From IMG/VR virus record IMGVR_UViG_3300007511_001396, positions 1-64,000 of that record: 64,000 nucleotides of DNA; one strand, given 5' to 3'. The notes beneath the pieces are model-generated. The model saw nothing but the letters and a program-made list of their open reading frames with translations. It searched no databases and was not told where the DNA came from. This stretch comes from a virus. A program made the translations under genes and the position numbers. Each line of letters starts with the position of its first letter. Position 1 is the stretch's first letter. Shown one piece after another: positions 36,267 to 47,023 of this stretch.

Positions 36267-36805
36267 TGGGACTATATTTTGATGAAATAGAGAGAGCTAT
36301 GACTTATCTCGGAAAGCAAGAAGATACAATTTTTCTTGGACAAGCTGTTGCCTATAAGGGTACTGCTATGACTAATACTTTGACAGGGGTTTCGAGAGAC
36401 AAGCTTATTGAAATGCCTGTCAACGAAGAGATGCAAATGGGGATCACTAACGGGTTGAGCATAGCAGGTTCTGTGCCGATTAGTATATATCCGAGATGGA
36501 ACTTTCTATTGTGTGCCGTTAATCAATTGGTCAATCATCTCGATAAGCTTAAAGAATATTCGCATGGTGAGTACGTCCCGAAAGCAATTATTCGAGTAGG
36601 TATTGGCTCGGAGCGACCACTAAACCCTCAGATCCAACACACAGGAGATTTCACAGAAGCTTTTAGAGCTATGACTACTAATATAGAAGTTATTCGTTGT
36701 GATGAGCCAGAAGATATTTTCCCTGCATATCACAAAGCTTATAATCGGACAGACGGTAAAAGCACAATAGTGGTAGAATATGGAGATTATTATGGAGAAA
36801 AATAA
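36266..36805 (+). CDS. Shortened E1 beta/transketolase pyrimidine-binding subunit
   Basis: EMPVNEEMQMG, NQLVN, QH; 179 aa. Confidence 0.8.
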   Translation: MGLYFDEIERAMTYLGKQEDTIFLGQAVAYKGTAMTNTLTGVSRDKLIEMPVNEEMQMGITNGLSIAGSVPISIYPRWNFLLCAVNQLVNHLDKLKEYSHGEYVPKAIIRVGIGSERPLNPQIQHTGDFTEAFRAMTTNIEVIRCDEPEDIFPAYHKAYNRTDGKSTIVVEYGDYYGEK

Positions 36806-37748
36806 TAAAGTTTTATTTGTTACAGAAAAGTGGTGTGATGCTGATCCAAATAAGGGCTTGACAAACAACTACCATAATCTTTTTGGAACCTTTCGGAACA
36901 CATTCCCAGATACACAATTTAATATTGTACATATGGACGAATACTCTCTTCGGAAGAAACAACATATTGATAATTTTTTGATGACTCTTATCGAGCGCTC
37001 GGAACCTGACATCGTTATTTTTTCTTTGCTAGGTAAGTCTAACCTTAATCCCACTAATATTAGTTTAAAATTTATTAAAGAAAGAGGTTGCAAAACTGTC
37101 TTTATGTGGCCAGATGTGTTCGATGGCTGGGGCATTCCAGAGATACAAGAACTAAATGTCGAAGGCTTGGCTGATTTGCATGTCTGCTGGGGTTCAGAAA
37201 AGAATTTTGAGACAGAACAAGATAATGTTGTTTGGTTATGGGCACCACAAGACGAAACACTGTACCACCCGTTGGAAAACAACATGCACACCTTGGAATC
37301 TAGCTTCCTCGGTAGCCCTAGATACCCCGAAAGACAAAAATTCTTAACACACCTTTTAACATCTGGTGCAAAAGTTTTTATTGGTGGAGGTCAGCGAGAA
37401 GAGGGCTTAACTCCAATGAAATATGCTGAACTGATGAGAAATAGCAAAATAAGCATCAACTTTCCACAGGGGCCAGATGGATATGATCAATGCAAGGGTC
37501 GAGTATGGGAGATTTTGGCAAGCAAATCTCTTTTGTTGGAAAGAAAGAATAATGCCACTGCTGCTCTATTAACAGAGGGTGTCCATTATATTGAATTTAC
37601 AGATGAGGAAGATCTTGCAGCAAAAATAGATTACTATCTTGAGAATGATGGCGAAAGAGAACATATCGCCGAAAAGGGCTATCAACGATTCAAAGAAGCA
37701 TTTACGGCAAAAGTGTTTTGGAACACAATTATGGAGAGAATAAAATGA
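36792..37748 (+). CDS. Glycosyltransferase (CgeB/Glyco_trans_1_2-like)
   Basis: SKISINF, KGRVWE, EREHIAEKGY. Confidence 0.8.
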   Translation: MEKNNKVLFVTEKWCDADPNKGLTNNYHNLFGTFRNTFPDTQFNIVHMDEYSLRKKQHIDNFLMTLIERSEPDIVIFSLLGKSNLNPTNISLKFIKERGCKTVFMWPDVFDGWGIPEIQELNVEGLADLHVCWGSEKNFETEQDNVVWLWAPQDETLYHPLENNMHTLESSFLGSPRYPERQKFLTHLLTSGAKVFIGGGQREEGLTPMKYAELMRNSKISINFPQGPDGYDQCKGRVWEILASKSLLLERKNNATAALLTEGVHYIEFTDEEDLAAKIDYYLENDGEREHIAEKGYQRFKEAFTAKVFWNTIMERIK

Positions 37749-38575
37749 GTTATAAGTATGATGTTTCGATTCTGATGCCAGCAATCAGAACACACCAATG
37801 GTTAATGATGTATGGCAGTTTATTCAATGCTTGTAAGAACTATTCTTGGGAGCTTGTGATGGTTAGCCCATTTGATTTACCACCAGAGATGCAACACTTT
37901 GATAATGTTAAATTGATAAAAGACTACGGCGCCCCAACAAGAGCCGCCCAAATAGGAGCAATTCAGTGTGAAGGAGAATATATGTATCATTGTGTAGATG
38001 ATGCTATTTTTCTCCCTGATGCTATTGACGATACTATGGACTTTCTGAGAGAACATAATAATAAAAAGTTTGTTGTCAATATGCGATACAGAGAAGGCGC
38101 CTTATATTCGGGAGGCACTCTTCCAATGGGATTTTGGACAGCACACTTCCACGACGAGTTGCGGCTTGCTGGGATACCGAGAGATTATAAGATCTCTCTT
38201 CATCACTTTATGAGAATGGATTATTTTAAAGAACTGGGCGGTTGGGATTGTCAATTTGAATACATTAATCATCCGTTACATGATCTGATGTTTAGAGTGC
38301 AGGCAGATGGCGGCAGATTATTTGACTCCCGCACAGACGCCACAACTTGTAATCACTACGTCAACAAAACAAAAGATCATGCTCCAATATATGATGCACA
38401 AACCTTTGGCGATAAACCAAAATTTGATGCTATTTATTCATCGCCCGATGCTGCATCTAAGAGAATCAAACTTGATTTAGATAATTGGCAGCAAACATCC
38501 CCAGTGTGGAAGCGTAGATTTGAATCTAAAAATGGCAAGTTACCACAGAGCTATAAGGAGCTAGGATATAAATGA
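37745..38575 (+). CDS. GT2-like glycosyltransferase, paralog 1
   Basis: SILMPAIR, VDD, LGGWD, WKRRF. Confidence 0.75.
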   Translation: MSYKYDVSILMPAIRTHQWLMMYGSLFNACKNYSWELVMVSPFDLPPEMQHFDNVKLIKDYGAPTRAAQIGAIQCEGEYMYHCVDDAIFLPDAIDDTMDFLREHNNKKFVVNMRYREGALYSGGTLPMGFWTAHFHDELRLAGIPRDYKISLHHFMRMDYFKELGGWDCQFEYINHPLHDLMFRVQADGGRLFDSRTDATTCNHYVNKTKDHAPIYDAQTFGDKPKFDAIYSSPDAASKRIKLDLDNWQQTSPVWKRRFESKNGKLPQSYKELGYK

Positions 38576-39357
38576 AAGTAGGAATAATAGGTGTTGGTAT
38601 TGTTGGAGGTGCATGTAAATTTGGCTTTGAGCTTTTAGGACACAATGTTTCGGTACATGATATTGCACTTGAGACAAAAATAGAAGATGTTTTGGATACT
38701 GAAGTGGTATTTGTGTGCGTTCCGTCCCCACAAGGAGATGATGGAGCTTGTGACATTTCAATAGTAGAAGAAGTTGTCAACAATTTAAACCAGTTGGGAT
38801 ATCAAGGGATTGTAGCGATTAAATCAACAGTTGTACCTGGAACAACCAAGGCATTAATCGAGAGCACACTTATGAATATTGTTTTTGTACCAGAATTCTT
38901 AAGAGAGCGTTGTGCAATTACTGATTTTACTGAAAACCATGATGTGTGCATAATCGGCTGTAGTGACCCCGAGACGTTTGAAAAAATAAAAGACTGCCAC
39001 GGACATCTACCTGAAAAGTTCGTCCGTCTTACGCCCTCTGAGGCCGAGTTCTGTAAGTATTTCAACAACGTCTATAACGCCACTCTTATTATTTTTGCCA
39101 ATAGCTTCTATGAAGCTTGTAAAGAGCAGGGCGTCGATTACACAAACATTAAAAATGCTGTTGTGAATCGTAAACACATTCACGGCAATTATCTCGAATG
39201 TAATGACAATTTTAGGGGCTTTGGGGGAATGTGCCTCCCAAAAGATGTGTCAGCTATGGCAAAACTAATGGAAAGCTCAAGTGTTGATTTTTTTGATGAT
39301 TTATTAGATGAAAATAGTAAATACAAAGTTACTGTATTTGAAGGAATGAGGAAGTGA
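38572..39357 (+). CDS. UDP-glucose/GDP-mannose dehydrogenase family, lacking C-terminal domain
   Basis: GVGIVG, CVPSP, KSTVVPGTT, PEFLRE, GFGGMCLPKD; 261 aa. Confidence 0.85.
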   Translation: MKVGIIGVGIVGGACKFGFELLGHNVSVHDIALETKIEDVLDTEVVFVCVPSPQGDDGACDISIVEEVVNNLNQLGYQGIVAIKSTVVPGTTKALIESTLMNIVFVPEFLRERCAITDFTENHDVCIIGCSDPETFEKIKDCHGHLPEKFVRLTPSEAEFCKYFNNVYNATLIIFANSFYEACKEQGVDYTNIKNAVVNRKHIHGNYLECNDNFRGFGGMCLPKDVSAMAKLMESSSVDFFDDLLDENSKYKVTVFEGMRK

Positions 39358-40373
39358 AAAAAATATTAATAACAGGAAGCCAAGGCTTTATTGGTTCATA
39401 TCTATGCGCAGAGTTTTTAAATAAGGGATATGAGGTCATCGGCCTAGATAACTTTTCTAAATATGGCCCAGTTGATAGGTCACATGACAACCATCCAAAT
39501 TTTAGACTCTTGGAAATGGACGCTATTAACTTAGATCCAGATAATATACCCCCAGAACTACAGGGCATCGAATATATAATAGCTGCTGCAGCAATGATCG
39601 GAGGAATTACTTATTTTCATAAATATGCCTATGATTTATTGGCTACCAATGAACGCATACTTGCTTCAACGTTCGATCTAGCTATTAAATTAAACAAAGA
39701 ACAAGCATTGAAGAGAATAGTCGTATTATCTAGCAGCATGGTGTTTGAAAACACCGATATTTATCCGACCCCTGAAGAAGAAATTAAAACTTGTGCCCCA
39801 CCAATGAGCACATACGGATTCCAAAAGCTTGCAGTAGAATATTTTTGTAAAGGAGCACTTGAACAATATGGTCTCCCGTATACCATTATCAGACCCTTTA
39901 ACTGTGTGGGTGTTGGCGAGGAAGACGCTATTGGAGAACACGAAGTAAAATCTGGCAACATTAAGCTAATGATGAGTCACGTATTGCCAGATATCATAAA
40001 TAAAATTCTCAAAGGCCAAAACCCTGTTCACATTTTAGGGACTGGCAATCAGATAAGGTGCTACACTAACGGTAAAGATATAGCTAGAGGCATACGCATG
40101 TGCTTAGAGAGCGAAAATGCAATCAATAATGACTTTAATATATCTACACCCTCGGCTACATCTGTGGTAGAATTAGCTGAGACAGTGTGGGACATTATAA
40201 ACCCAGGTGTCCCATTTTCGTTTGCTAGTGATGAAGCCTATCTCTACGATGTACAAAAGAGAATACCAGATGTCTCCAAAGCAAAGGACTTAATCGGATT
40301 TGAAGCGGAGGTTTCTTTTGAGGAATCAGTTCGAGAGGTTATTGATTATATGAGGAGTAAAGAAATTGGATAA
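39354..40373 (+). CDS. NAD-dependent epimerase/decarboxylase
   Basis: TGSQGFIG, SSSMVF, YGFQK, RPFN. Confidence 0.9.
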   Translation: MKKILITGSQGFIGSYLCAEFLNKGYEVIGLDNFSKYGPVDRSHDNHPNFRLLEMDAINLDPDNIPPELQGIEYIIAAAAMIGGITYFHKYAYDLLATNERILASTFDLAIKLNKEQALKRIVVLSSSMVFENTDIYPTPEEEIKTCAPPMSTYGFQKLAVEYFCKGALEQYGLPYTIIRPFNCVGVGEEDAIGEHEVKSGNIKLMMSHVLPDIINKILKGQNPVHILGTGNQIRCYTNGKDIARGIRMCLESENAINNDFNISTPSATSVVELAETVWDIINPGVPFSFASDEAYLYDVQKRIPDVSKAKDLIGFEAEVSFEESVREVIDYMRSKEIG

Positions 40374-41154
40374 GCCAGAAATATCTCTAATATTGCCAAG
40401 TATTAGGCCAGATAGATTAGAGGGGTTGTATGAATCTATTCTTAAATCCACCAATCGTTCATTTGAATTAATAGTGGCGGGTCCGTACCCATTACCACCA
40501 GCACTACAAGATATAAAAAATATCAAATATGTTAAAGATTATGGCTCACCTGTACGAGCTTCTAATGTCGCCGCGTCATTATGTGAAGGAGAAGTCTACA
40601 CATGGTTAGCAGATGATTGTATAATGTTTGAAGATTCACTTGATAAGTGTATGGACATATTTTATGAAATGGGAGATTCTAAAAATAATGTACTTGTGGC
40701 AAAGTACTTTGAGGGCGAAATGGGCTCCCAAGAGCGAACCAGTCTTCAGCCAGATAGTTATTTTAAAATTATTAATACCCCAGCTAGTTCTCCACATCTT
40801 CCAAAAGATTGGTGGCTCTTTAATATTGCTTTTATGCGTGCAAGCTTTTTTGAAAAACTTGGTGGTTGGGATGCGTCATATGAAGGCACTTGGGCATCTC
40901 ATGCTGATATGGCAATCAGAGCACAGTTTGCGGGAGCAAATGTAAAGATGGCTGATGTACCCTTATTTGTTTGTGATCATATGCCTGGTGGAACTGGTGA
41001 TCATATGCCAATCTTTATTTGCCAACACCAACACGATGAACCACTCTTACACCAAAGATACAGAGATCCACAATGGACTTTGAATTTACCCCACAGGATG
41101 AAAATTGACAACTGGAAAAACGCACCAATTATTTGGAAACGGAGATTTAAATGA
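40366..41154 (+). CDS. GT2-like glycosyltransferase, paralog 2
   Basis: SLILPSIR, ADD, LGGWD, WKRRF. Confidence 0.75.
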   Translation: MDKPEISLILPSIRPDRLEGLYESILKSTNRSFELIVAGPYPLPPALQDIKNIKYVKDYGSPVRASNVAASLCEGEVYTWLADDCIMFEDSLDKCMDIFYEMGDSKNNVLVAKYFEGEMGSQERTSLQPDSYFKIINTPASSPHLPKDWWLFNIAFMRASFFEKLGGWDASYEGTWASHADMAIRAQFAGANVKMADVPLFVCDHMPGGTGDHMPIFICQHQHDEPLLHQRYRDPQWTLNLPHRMKIDNWKNAPIIWKRRFK

Positions 41155-41927
41155 CGCATTATGATGTTTCTATATGCTTGCCAGCCCACAGGACACATTT
41201 GTGGGAGCGATTATATAATTCAGCCGCAGAAGCTGTTGGTCCCAATTATACTTGGGAACTTATTTTAGTAGGCCCTAACGAGCCACCACCATCTTTGTTA
41301 AATAAAAAGAATTTTAAGTTTTTTAAAGATTTCGGAACACCCTCTCGTTGTGCTCAGATAGCCACTACTCTAGCAGAGGGAGAATTAATGATGTGGGGCT
41401 CAGATGATGGTTATTTCTTGAAGAATACTATCAAAGAGTGTATTGACATGCACAAAAATCTTCCCTATCGAGATATTGTAATTATAAAATATGCCGAAGG
41501 TAGAGATCACTCAGGGAAATGTCCCGATGAGAGCTACTGGAAGGCTTGGACTCATCCAGATCAAAGATTACCGGGAATTCCACAAGACTTCTATATTACT
41601 TTGCTGGCTATGTATAAGCTAGATTACTTTCGTCAACTTGGTGGTTGGGATTGCTCTTTTGAACATTTAAATATGAATACCCACGATTTAGCATTTAGGG
41701 CTCAAAGAGATGGCGCAAAAATTCACTTTTCACCAAATTTGGTCTTGACGTGCGACTGGAATCCCAACGAGGGCGATCACGTCCCTGTACAAGAAGCATA
41801 TCATAATAATGATGCCCCTCTATTTCAAGCACTTTATAGAGAACCAAGGCCAAATAGAATAAGGATTGATTATTTTAATTGGACAAAGAGTCCACCAATT
41901 TGGAAAAGGAGATTCGGTAATGAATAA
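41151..41927 (+). CDS. GT2-like glycosyltransferase, paralog 3
   Basis: SICLPAHR, SDD, LGGWD, WKRRF. Confidence 0.75.
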   Translation: MTHYDVSICLPAHRTHLWERLYNSAAEAVGPNYTWELILVGPNEPPPSLLNKKNFKFFKDFGTPSRCAQIATTLAEGELMMWGSDDGYFLKNTIKECIDMHKNLPYRDIVIIKYAEGRDHSGKCPDESYWKAWTHPDQRLPGIPQDFYITLLAMYKLDYFRQLGGWDCSFEHLNMNTHDLAFRAQRDGAKIHFSPNLVLTCDWNPNEGDHVPVQEAYHNNDAPLFQALYREPRPNRIRIDYFNWTKSPPIWKRRFGNE

Positions 41928-42852
41928 AAAAATACTGATTACGGGCGCCAAAGGTCTTGTTGGTTCTGCTTTAAGAAATATACAGACAGACCACGATGAG
42001 TTTGATTTTGTGTTTTCTGGCCACCAAGAACATGACTTGACTAAAGAAGAAGATGTTAAGCGATTATTTGAAGAAACAAAACCAGATTATGTAATACATA
42101 CGGCAGCTCGTGTCGGAGGTATCGGTAGGAATTTATCAACACCGGCAGAGCAATTTTATTGCAATATTTTAATGAACACTTTTGTTATTCATTATGCACA
42201 ACTTTATAATGTTGAAAAATTATTAGCCTTCTCTTCAGTCTGCGCTTTTCCTGCCGGCGCAGAAAACTTTAATGAAGATATTTTGCACGATGGGGAACCA
42301 TACCAAGCTCATTACTCATATGCCTATTCTAAGAGAATGGTAGATGTTCAAATAGGTGCGTACAAGCAGCAACATCAAGTTAACTATTGTTCTGTCATAC
42401 CTGGCAATATCTTCGGCGAAAATGATAATTTTAATTTAGAAGACGGTCATGTTGTTCCGTCTCTTATTCATAAGGCATATTTGGCTGCAAGAGACGGAAC
42501 CTCGTTGGAAGTGTGGGGCGATGGTAGCCCATATCGAGAATTTTTGAGTTCAAGGGACATAGCTCGCGTGTGTATAGAGCTTCTTAAATCTAACAAACAA
42601 TTGCCCCAACGCATAATTGTCTCTGGAGAGAAAGAAACAAGGATTTCAGAGTTAGTTAAAATGATATGTGAGGCAACTGGTTTAAAAGATATCAAGTGGC
42701 TCACTGAAAAGCCAAATGGCCAAATGCGCAGACCGACTAATAAGAGTATCTTCCATTCAACATTGCCAGACTTTCAGCATGCTGATCTAAAAGATTCTAT
42801 TAATAAGACAGTAGAGTGGTTTGGTAAAAATTATCCCAATGTGAGGAAATAA
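41920..42852 (+). CDS. fcl: GDP-L-fucose synthase family epimerase/reductase (Fcl/ColC-like)
   Basis: [46 protein letters not shown]. Confidence 0.85.
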   Translation: MNKKILITGAKGLVGSALRNIQTDHDEFDFVFSGHQEHDLTKEEDVKRLFEETKPDYVIHTAARVGGIGRNLSTPAEQFYCNILMNTFVIHYAQLYNVEKLLAFSSVCAFPAGAENFNEDILHDGEPYQAHYSYAYSKRMVDVQIGAYKQQHQVNYCSVIPGNIFGENDNFNLEDGHVVPSLIHKAYLAARDGTSLEVWGDGSPYREFLSSRDIARVCIELLKSNKQLPQRIIVSGEKETRISELVKMICEATGLKDIKWLTEKPNGQMRRPTNKSIFHSTLPDFQHADLKDSINKTVEWFGKNYPNVRK

Positions 42853-43841
42853 TGAAGACAGCACTCATAACAGGAGTTACTGGTCAAACTGGTAGTTATC
42901 TCGCAGAACTACTCTTAGATAAGGGGTATACTGTAGTAGGTATCAAGCGCCGCACATCATTATTGAATACTGCTAGGATAGATCATCTATTAGATAAAGA
43001 AAATTTTATTCTATCTTATGCAAATATGACTGATTCTGGAAACCTACACCGCATTCTGCAGAAATATAACCCTGATGAGATATATAACTTAGCGGCACAA
43101 TCTCACGTTAGGGTTTCTTTCGACACGCCATATGAAACAGCAGACATTACAGCTATGGGGACACTTAGAATGCTAGAGGCTGTGAGGAATGTTTGCCCTA
43201 GAGCTAGAATTTATCAAGCCTCTTCGTCTGAGATGTTTGGGGACAATCCCGAAACACCACAGAGCGAATCAACAGCATTACAACCAGCTAGCCCTTATGC
43301 TTGTTCAAAAGTGTTTGCTCACCACTTGTGCCGCAATTATAGAGAGAGTTACAAAATGCATATCTCTAGTGGTATATTGTTTAACCATGAGTCGCCTAGG
43401 AGGGGTGAAACATTTGTCACTCGTAAGATAACTCGTGCTGCAGCAAGAATTAAATTAGGTATTCAAGATAAGCTATACCTAGGAAACCTTGAAGCAAAGA
43501 GAGATTGGGGTTATGCTGGCGATTATGTTGAGGCGATGTGGCTGATGTTACAACAAGAAGAACCTAGTGATTATGTTGTTGCAACCGGCGAAACACACAC
43601 AGTGCGGGACTTTCTTCAAGAGGTCTTTGATCAAGCGGGCTTAGATATAAACACTTTTGTAGAAACAGATGAGAGATTATTCAGACCACATGAGGTGCCT
43701 TTACTCCTAGGAGACCCGTCTAAAGCAAGAGAGAAGTTAGGTTGGTCACCAACAATAAGATTTAAAGAATTGGCCAAAATGATGTATGATTCAGATTTAC
43801 AAGAAGCAAAGAATGAGGAGACAAAAAATGAAAAAACTTAA
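42852..43841 (+). CDS. gmd: GDP-mannose 4,6-dehydratase
   Basis: [44 protein letters not shown]. Confidence 0.95.
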   Translation: MKTALITGVTGQTGSYLAELLLDKGYTVVGIKRRTSLLNTARIDHLLDKENFILSYANMTDSGNLHRILQKYNPDEIYNLAAQSHVRVSFDTPYETADITAMGTLRMLEAVRNVCPRARIYQASSSEMFGDNPETPQSESTALQPASPYACSKVFAHHLCRNYRESYKMHISSGILFNHESPRRGETFVTRKITRAAARIKLGIQDKLYLGNLEAKRDWGYAGDYVEAMWLMLQQEEPSDYVVATGETHTVRDFLQEVFDQAGLDINTFVETDERLFRPHEVPLLLGDPSKAREKLGWSPTIRFKELAKMMYDSDLQEAKNEETKNEKT

Positions 43842-44379
43842 TTTGGGATGTGGGGACAGGAAACTACACGGATTTATAAACATAGACGCCAGAGAAGAAG
43901 TATCACCAGATGTTATTTGTGATGTCACTAAAATTCATGAAAAATACTCAGATGCAGACTTAGTGTATGCTTGTCACGTCTTGGAGCATTTTCCGACAAA
44001 GCCGTTTGAATACCAAAAGGTATCTTGGGAAGAAGTCTTAAACAGTTGGTACAAATCGTTAAAGGTTGGTGGTATACTGAGACTATCTGTCCCAGATATT
44101 AAAGCAGCTTGTTCTTATTACTTAAGAACTAATGATTTTAAATCAGTACAGGCATTTTTCTATGGAGGTCAGAAATATGATTTTGATTTTCATTACCACG
44201 CTTGGTCAGAAGAAACTCTATCTGAGGCGCTCAAAAACATAGGATTTAAAACTGTAAAGAGATACGACTGGAGAAATACGGAACATTTTTACGTAGATGA
44301 TTACAGTCAAGCTTATTTACCACATATGGATAAAGTAAGTGGTGAATTAATGAGCTTAAACTTAGAAGCAACAAAATAA
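43828..44379 (+). CDS. Class I SAM methyltransferase
   Basis: [24 protein letters not shown]. Confidence 0.85.
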   Translation: MKKLNLGCGDRKLHGFINIDAREEVSPDVICDVTKIHEKYSDADLVYACHVLEHFPTKPFEYQKVSWEEVLNSWYKSLKVGGILRLSVPDIKAACSYYLRTNDFKSVQAFFYGGQKYDFDFHYHAWSEETLSEALKNIGFKTVKRYDWRNTEHFYVDDYSQAYLPHMDKVSGELMSLNLEATK

Positions 44380-44389
44380 AGGATTAAAA

Positions 44390-45553
44390 ATGACTATCGA
44401 ATACCCATTAGCAAAAGAGACTATCAATGAACAAGACATTGATGAACTGTGTACTTGGCTCAAGAGCTACCCACGCCTCACAAAAGGTGATTTAACGTGG
44501 CAAGTAGAAGAAGATTGGGCTAACTACATCGGCACAGACTACGCAGTGTTTAACAATTCAGGCTCCTCGGCAAATCTGCTGATGATTGCTGCCGCAGTGC
44601 AGGCCGGCAGAATACCAAACAAAAAGATTGTAGTACCATCTGTTGGCTGGGTTACTACCATTGCCCCAGCAATGCAATTAGGGCTGCATCCTATAATGGT
44701 CGGAGCCGATAAAGAAACATTTGGAATGGATTTAGATCAGCTTGAAGAGGTATGTGAAAGAGAAAGACCAGATGCTGTTATCTTTGTTCAAGTTCTTGGG
44801 GTACCTCACCACCGAGACAGGATACTTGAGCTAAAAAAGAAGTATGGCTTTATTCTTTTAGAAGATGCATGTGCTGCTCTCGGCGCTTCATATTCCGATG
44901 GCGAAATGGTAGGCACGGTCGGTGATATGTCATCATTTTCATTTTACTTTGGCCACCAATTGTCAACGATAGAGGGGGGAATGGTAAACACAAACGATAA
45001 AGAGCTTTATGAAATGCTTCTTATGTTGCGCTCACATGGTTGGGCTAAAGACTTATCACCCGCAACTACTGAAAAAATGATGGCAAAGTACAACATTGAC
45101 GACTTCCATAGCCCATTCACATTCTTTGTACCAGGATACAATCTCAGATCTACTGATTTGCAAGCCTTCCTGGGCATCAGGCAGGTCAAAAAAGCAGATT
45201 GGACTGCTAACCAGCGAAACAAAAATCACCGCCTCTACGCCGAACTGCTGGACGGCTATGTAGACTTTCAGAGATGGGGCGAGCACAACCCAGTGTCTAT
45301 TTCTTTTGGCGCACTAGCAAACAGCACAGAACACCGTAGAGAAATTGTTGAGAGGCTTGTGGCTAACGGAGTGGAGACTAGAATCTTTAGTGCAGGTAAT
45401 CTGGGCCGCCACCCCTTTTGGGTTGACAAATACGGAACATTTGAAGATGAAATGAGCGACAAAATACATTCTTGTGGATTCTTTGTGCCGAACTATCCAG
45501 AATTAACTTCGGCAGATATAAGATTTATTTGTGATGTAATAAAGGGAAGTTAA
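44390..45553 (+). CDS. DegT-family PLP enzyme, ColD-like 3-dehydratase
   Basis: NSGSSANL, EDAC, SFYFGHQLSTIEGG (His at the Schiff-base Lys position), LRSHGW, GYNLR. Confidence 0.85.
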   Translation: MTIEYPLAKETINEQDIDELCTWLKSYPRLTKGDLTWQVEEDWANYIGTDYAVFNNSGSSANLLMIAAAVQAGRIPNKKIVVPSVGWVTTIAPAMQLGLHPIMVGADKETFGMDLDQLEEVCERERPDAVIFVQVLGVPHHRDRILELKKKYGFILLEDACAALGASYSDGEMVGTVGDMSSFSFYFGHQLSTIEGGMVNTNDKELYEMLLMLRSHGWAKDLSPATTEKMMAKYNIDDFHSPFTFFVPGYNLRSTDLQAFLGIRQVKKADWTANQRNKNHRLYAELLDGYVDFQRWGEHNPVSISFGALANSTEHRREIVERLVANGVETRIFSAGNLGRHPFWVDKYGTFEDEMSDKIHSCGFFVPNYPELTSADIRFICDVIKGS

Positions 45554-46299
45554 TGCGAATATTGGTTATCGGCGAGAGCTGCAGCGATATATATCAATAT
45601 GGAGAATGCGTAAGATTAGCACCCGAAGCGCCTGTTCCAATTATTAAGATTGATGATAGTAACAAAAAAGAGATGCCAGGGATGGCCATGAATGTATATA
45701 ATAATATATTTTCTCTGGCTGGGTCAGTAGGAGACATAGCTATCAAGACCAACCCAAATTGGAAAGAAGTAAAAAAGACAAGATTTGTAGACTATCGTAC
45801 CAACTATATTATTCTAAGGGCTGATGAAGGTGACGACGAGATCCAAAGGTGTGATGTAGAAAAAATAGACTTTTCAATCTATGATATTGTGGTTATTTCT
45901 GACTACAACAAGGGCTACTTATTAGAAGAAGACATAGAGTTCATATCTATGCAACATCCAGTAACACTCCTAGATACAAAAAAGATACTTGGCGACTGGT
46001 GTAAGAATATTACTTTCATCAAAATAAATGATTTTGAATTCAACAGGACAAAACATAAACTAACGGATCAAATAAGAGACAAAATGGTAGTAACATTAGG
46101 GCCAGATGGGGCTTCTCATAAGGGTGTAATATACCCAGTTCCGAAGGTAGAGATAAAAGATACTGCTGGAGCAGGTGATACTTTTATATCAGCATTGGCA
46201 GTAAGATATGCTCTCACCGAAGACATTGAAGAATCTATTCAATTTGCTAACAAGTGTGCAACTATTGTTGTTCAAAAGAAAGGGGTTTCTACTATATGA
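45553..46299 (+). CDS. PfkB-family heptose-7-P kinase-like (HldE/RfaE kinase domain)
   Basis: RLAPEAPVP, SDYNKG, GAGDTF. Confidence 0.85.
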   Translation: MRILVIGESCSDIYQYGECVRLAPEAPVPIIKIDDSNKKEMPGMAMNVYNNIFSLAGSVGDIAIKTNPNWKEVKKTRFVDYRTNYIILRADEGDDEIQRCDVEKIDFSIYDIVVISDYNKGYLLEEDIEFISMQHPVTLLDTKKILGDWCKNITFIKINDFEFNRTKHKLTDQIRDKMVVTLGPDGASHKGVIYPVPKVEIKDTAGAGDTFISALAVRYALTEDIEESIQFANKCATIVVQKKGVSTI

Positions 46300-46688
46300 A
46301 GAATGTAATATGGACTAACGGATGTTTTGATATTTTACATCGTGGTCACTTTGAGATGTTAAAGTATGCTAAGTCATTGGGCGACTACTTAATGGTTGGT
46401 ATAGATTCGGACGAGAAAGTAAAAAAAGATAAGGGTTATCACAGGCCATTTAATAGCCAAAATGATCGCAAGTTTGCATTAGAATCAATACGATATATTG
46501 ATGAAGTGGTTATATTTGATTCTAAAGAACAACTAGAGTCGCTTATAGAAGACATATCGCCAACTAAGATGGTAATAGGTTCTGACTGGAAAGGTAAAGA
46601 GATAGTTGGGAGCAAACACTGCACAGATGTTTGTTTTTATGATAGAATAGGTTCTTATTCCACAACCAAGATATTAGAGAGTAGATAA
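46296..46688 (+). CDS. Heptose-1-P adenylyltransferase-like (HldE/RfaE domain II)
   Basis: TNGCFDILHRGH, KGYHRP, GSDW, YSTT. Confidence 0.9.
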   Translation: MKNVIWTNGCFDILHRGHFEMLKYAKSLGDYLMVGIDSDEKVKKDKGYHRPFNSQNDRKFALESIRYIDEVVIFDSKEQLESLIEDISPTKMVIGSDWKGKEIVGSKHCTDVCFYDRIGSYSTTKILESR

Positions 46689-47023
46689 TGACATTAGTTT
46701 TTGACATAGATGGCACAATATGTAGAAAGCCAAAAGAGCTAGACTATAGCGATAGTGAGCCTATAGTGGAAAGAATACAAGAAATAAATAATTTATACGA
46801 AAGAGGTCACACTATTATCTTTCTAACAGCGAGAGGTATGGGAAGGTTTAACAACGATGCGGAAAAAGCGGAAGCCGAGTTTAGAGACTTGACAGTCGCC
46901 CAGCTTAAAGAATGGGGCGTGTTATATCATCAACTTTTTTTGGGAAAACCTTCGGGCGATTATTATATAGACGATAAGGGGATTAGAGATGTCGATTACT
47001 TTAGAAATGACACATGTAAATAA
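46688..47023 (+). CDS. Small HAD phosphatase
   Basis: FDIDGTI, TARG, GKP, YIDDK. Confidence 0.85.
   Translation: MTLVFDIDGTICRKPKELDYSDSEPIVERIQEINNLYERGHTIIFLTARGMGRFNNDAEKAEAEFRDLTVAQLKEWGVLYHQLFLGKPSGDYYIDDKGIRDVDYFRNDTCK

Noticed and set aside
35655-36805. Pyruvate dehydrogenase complex as an auxiliary metabolic gene
   Set aside because: Subunits are truncated, there is no E2/E3, and they are embedded in a sugar cluster
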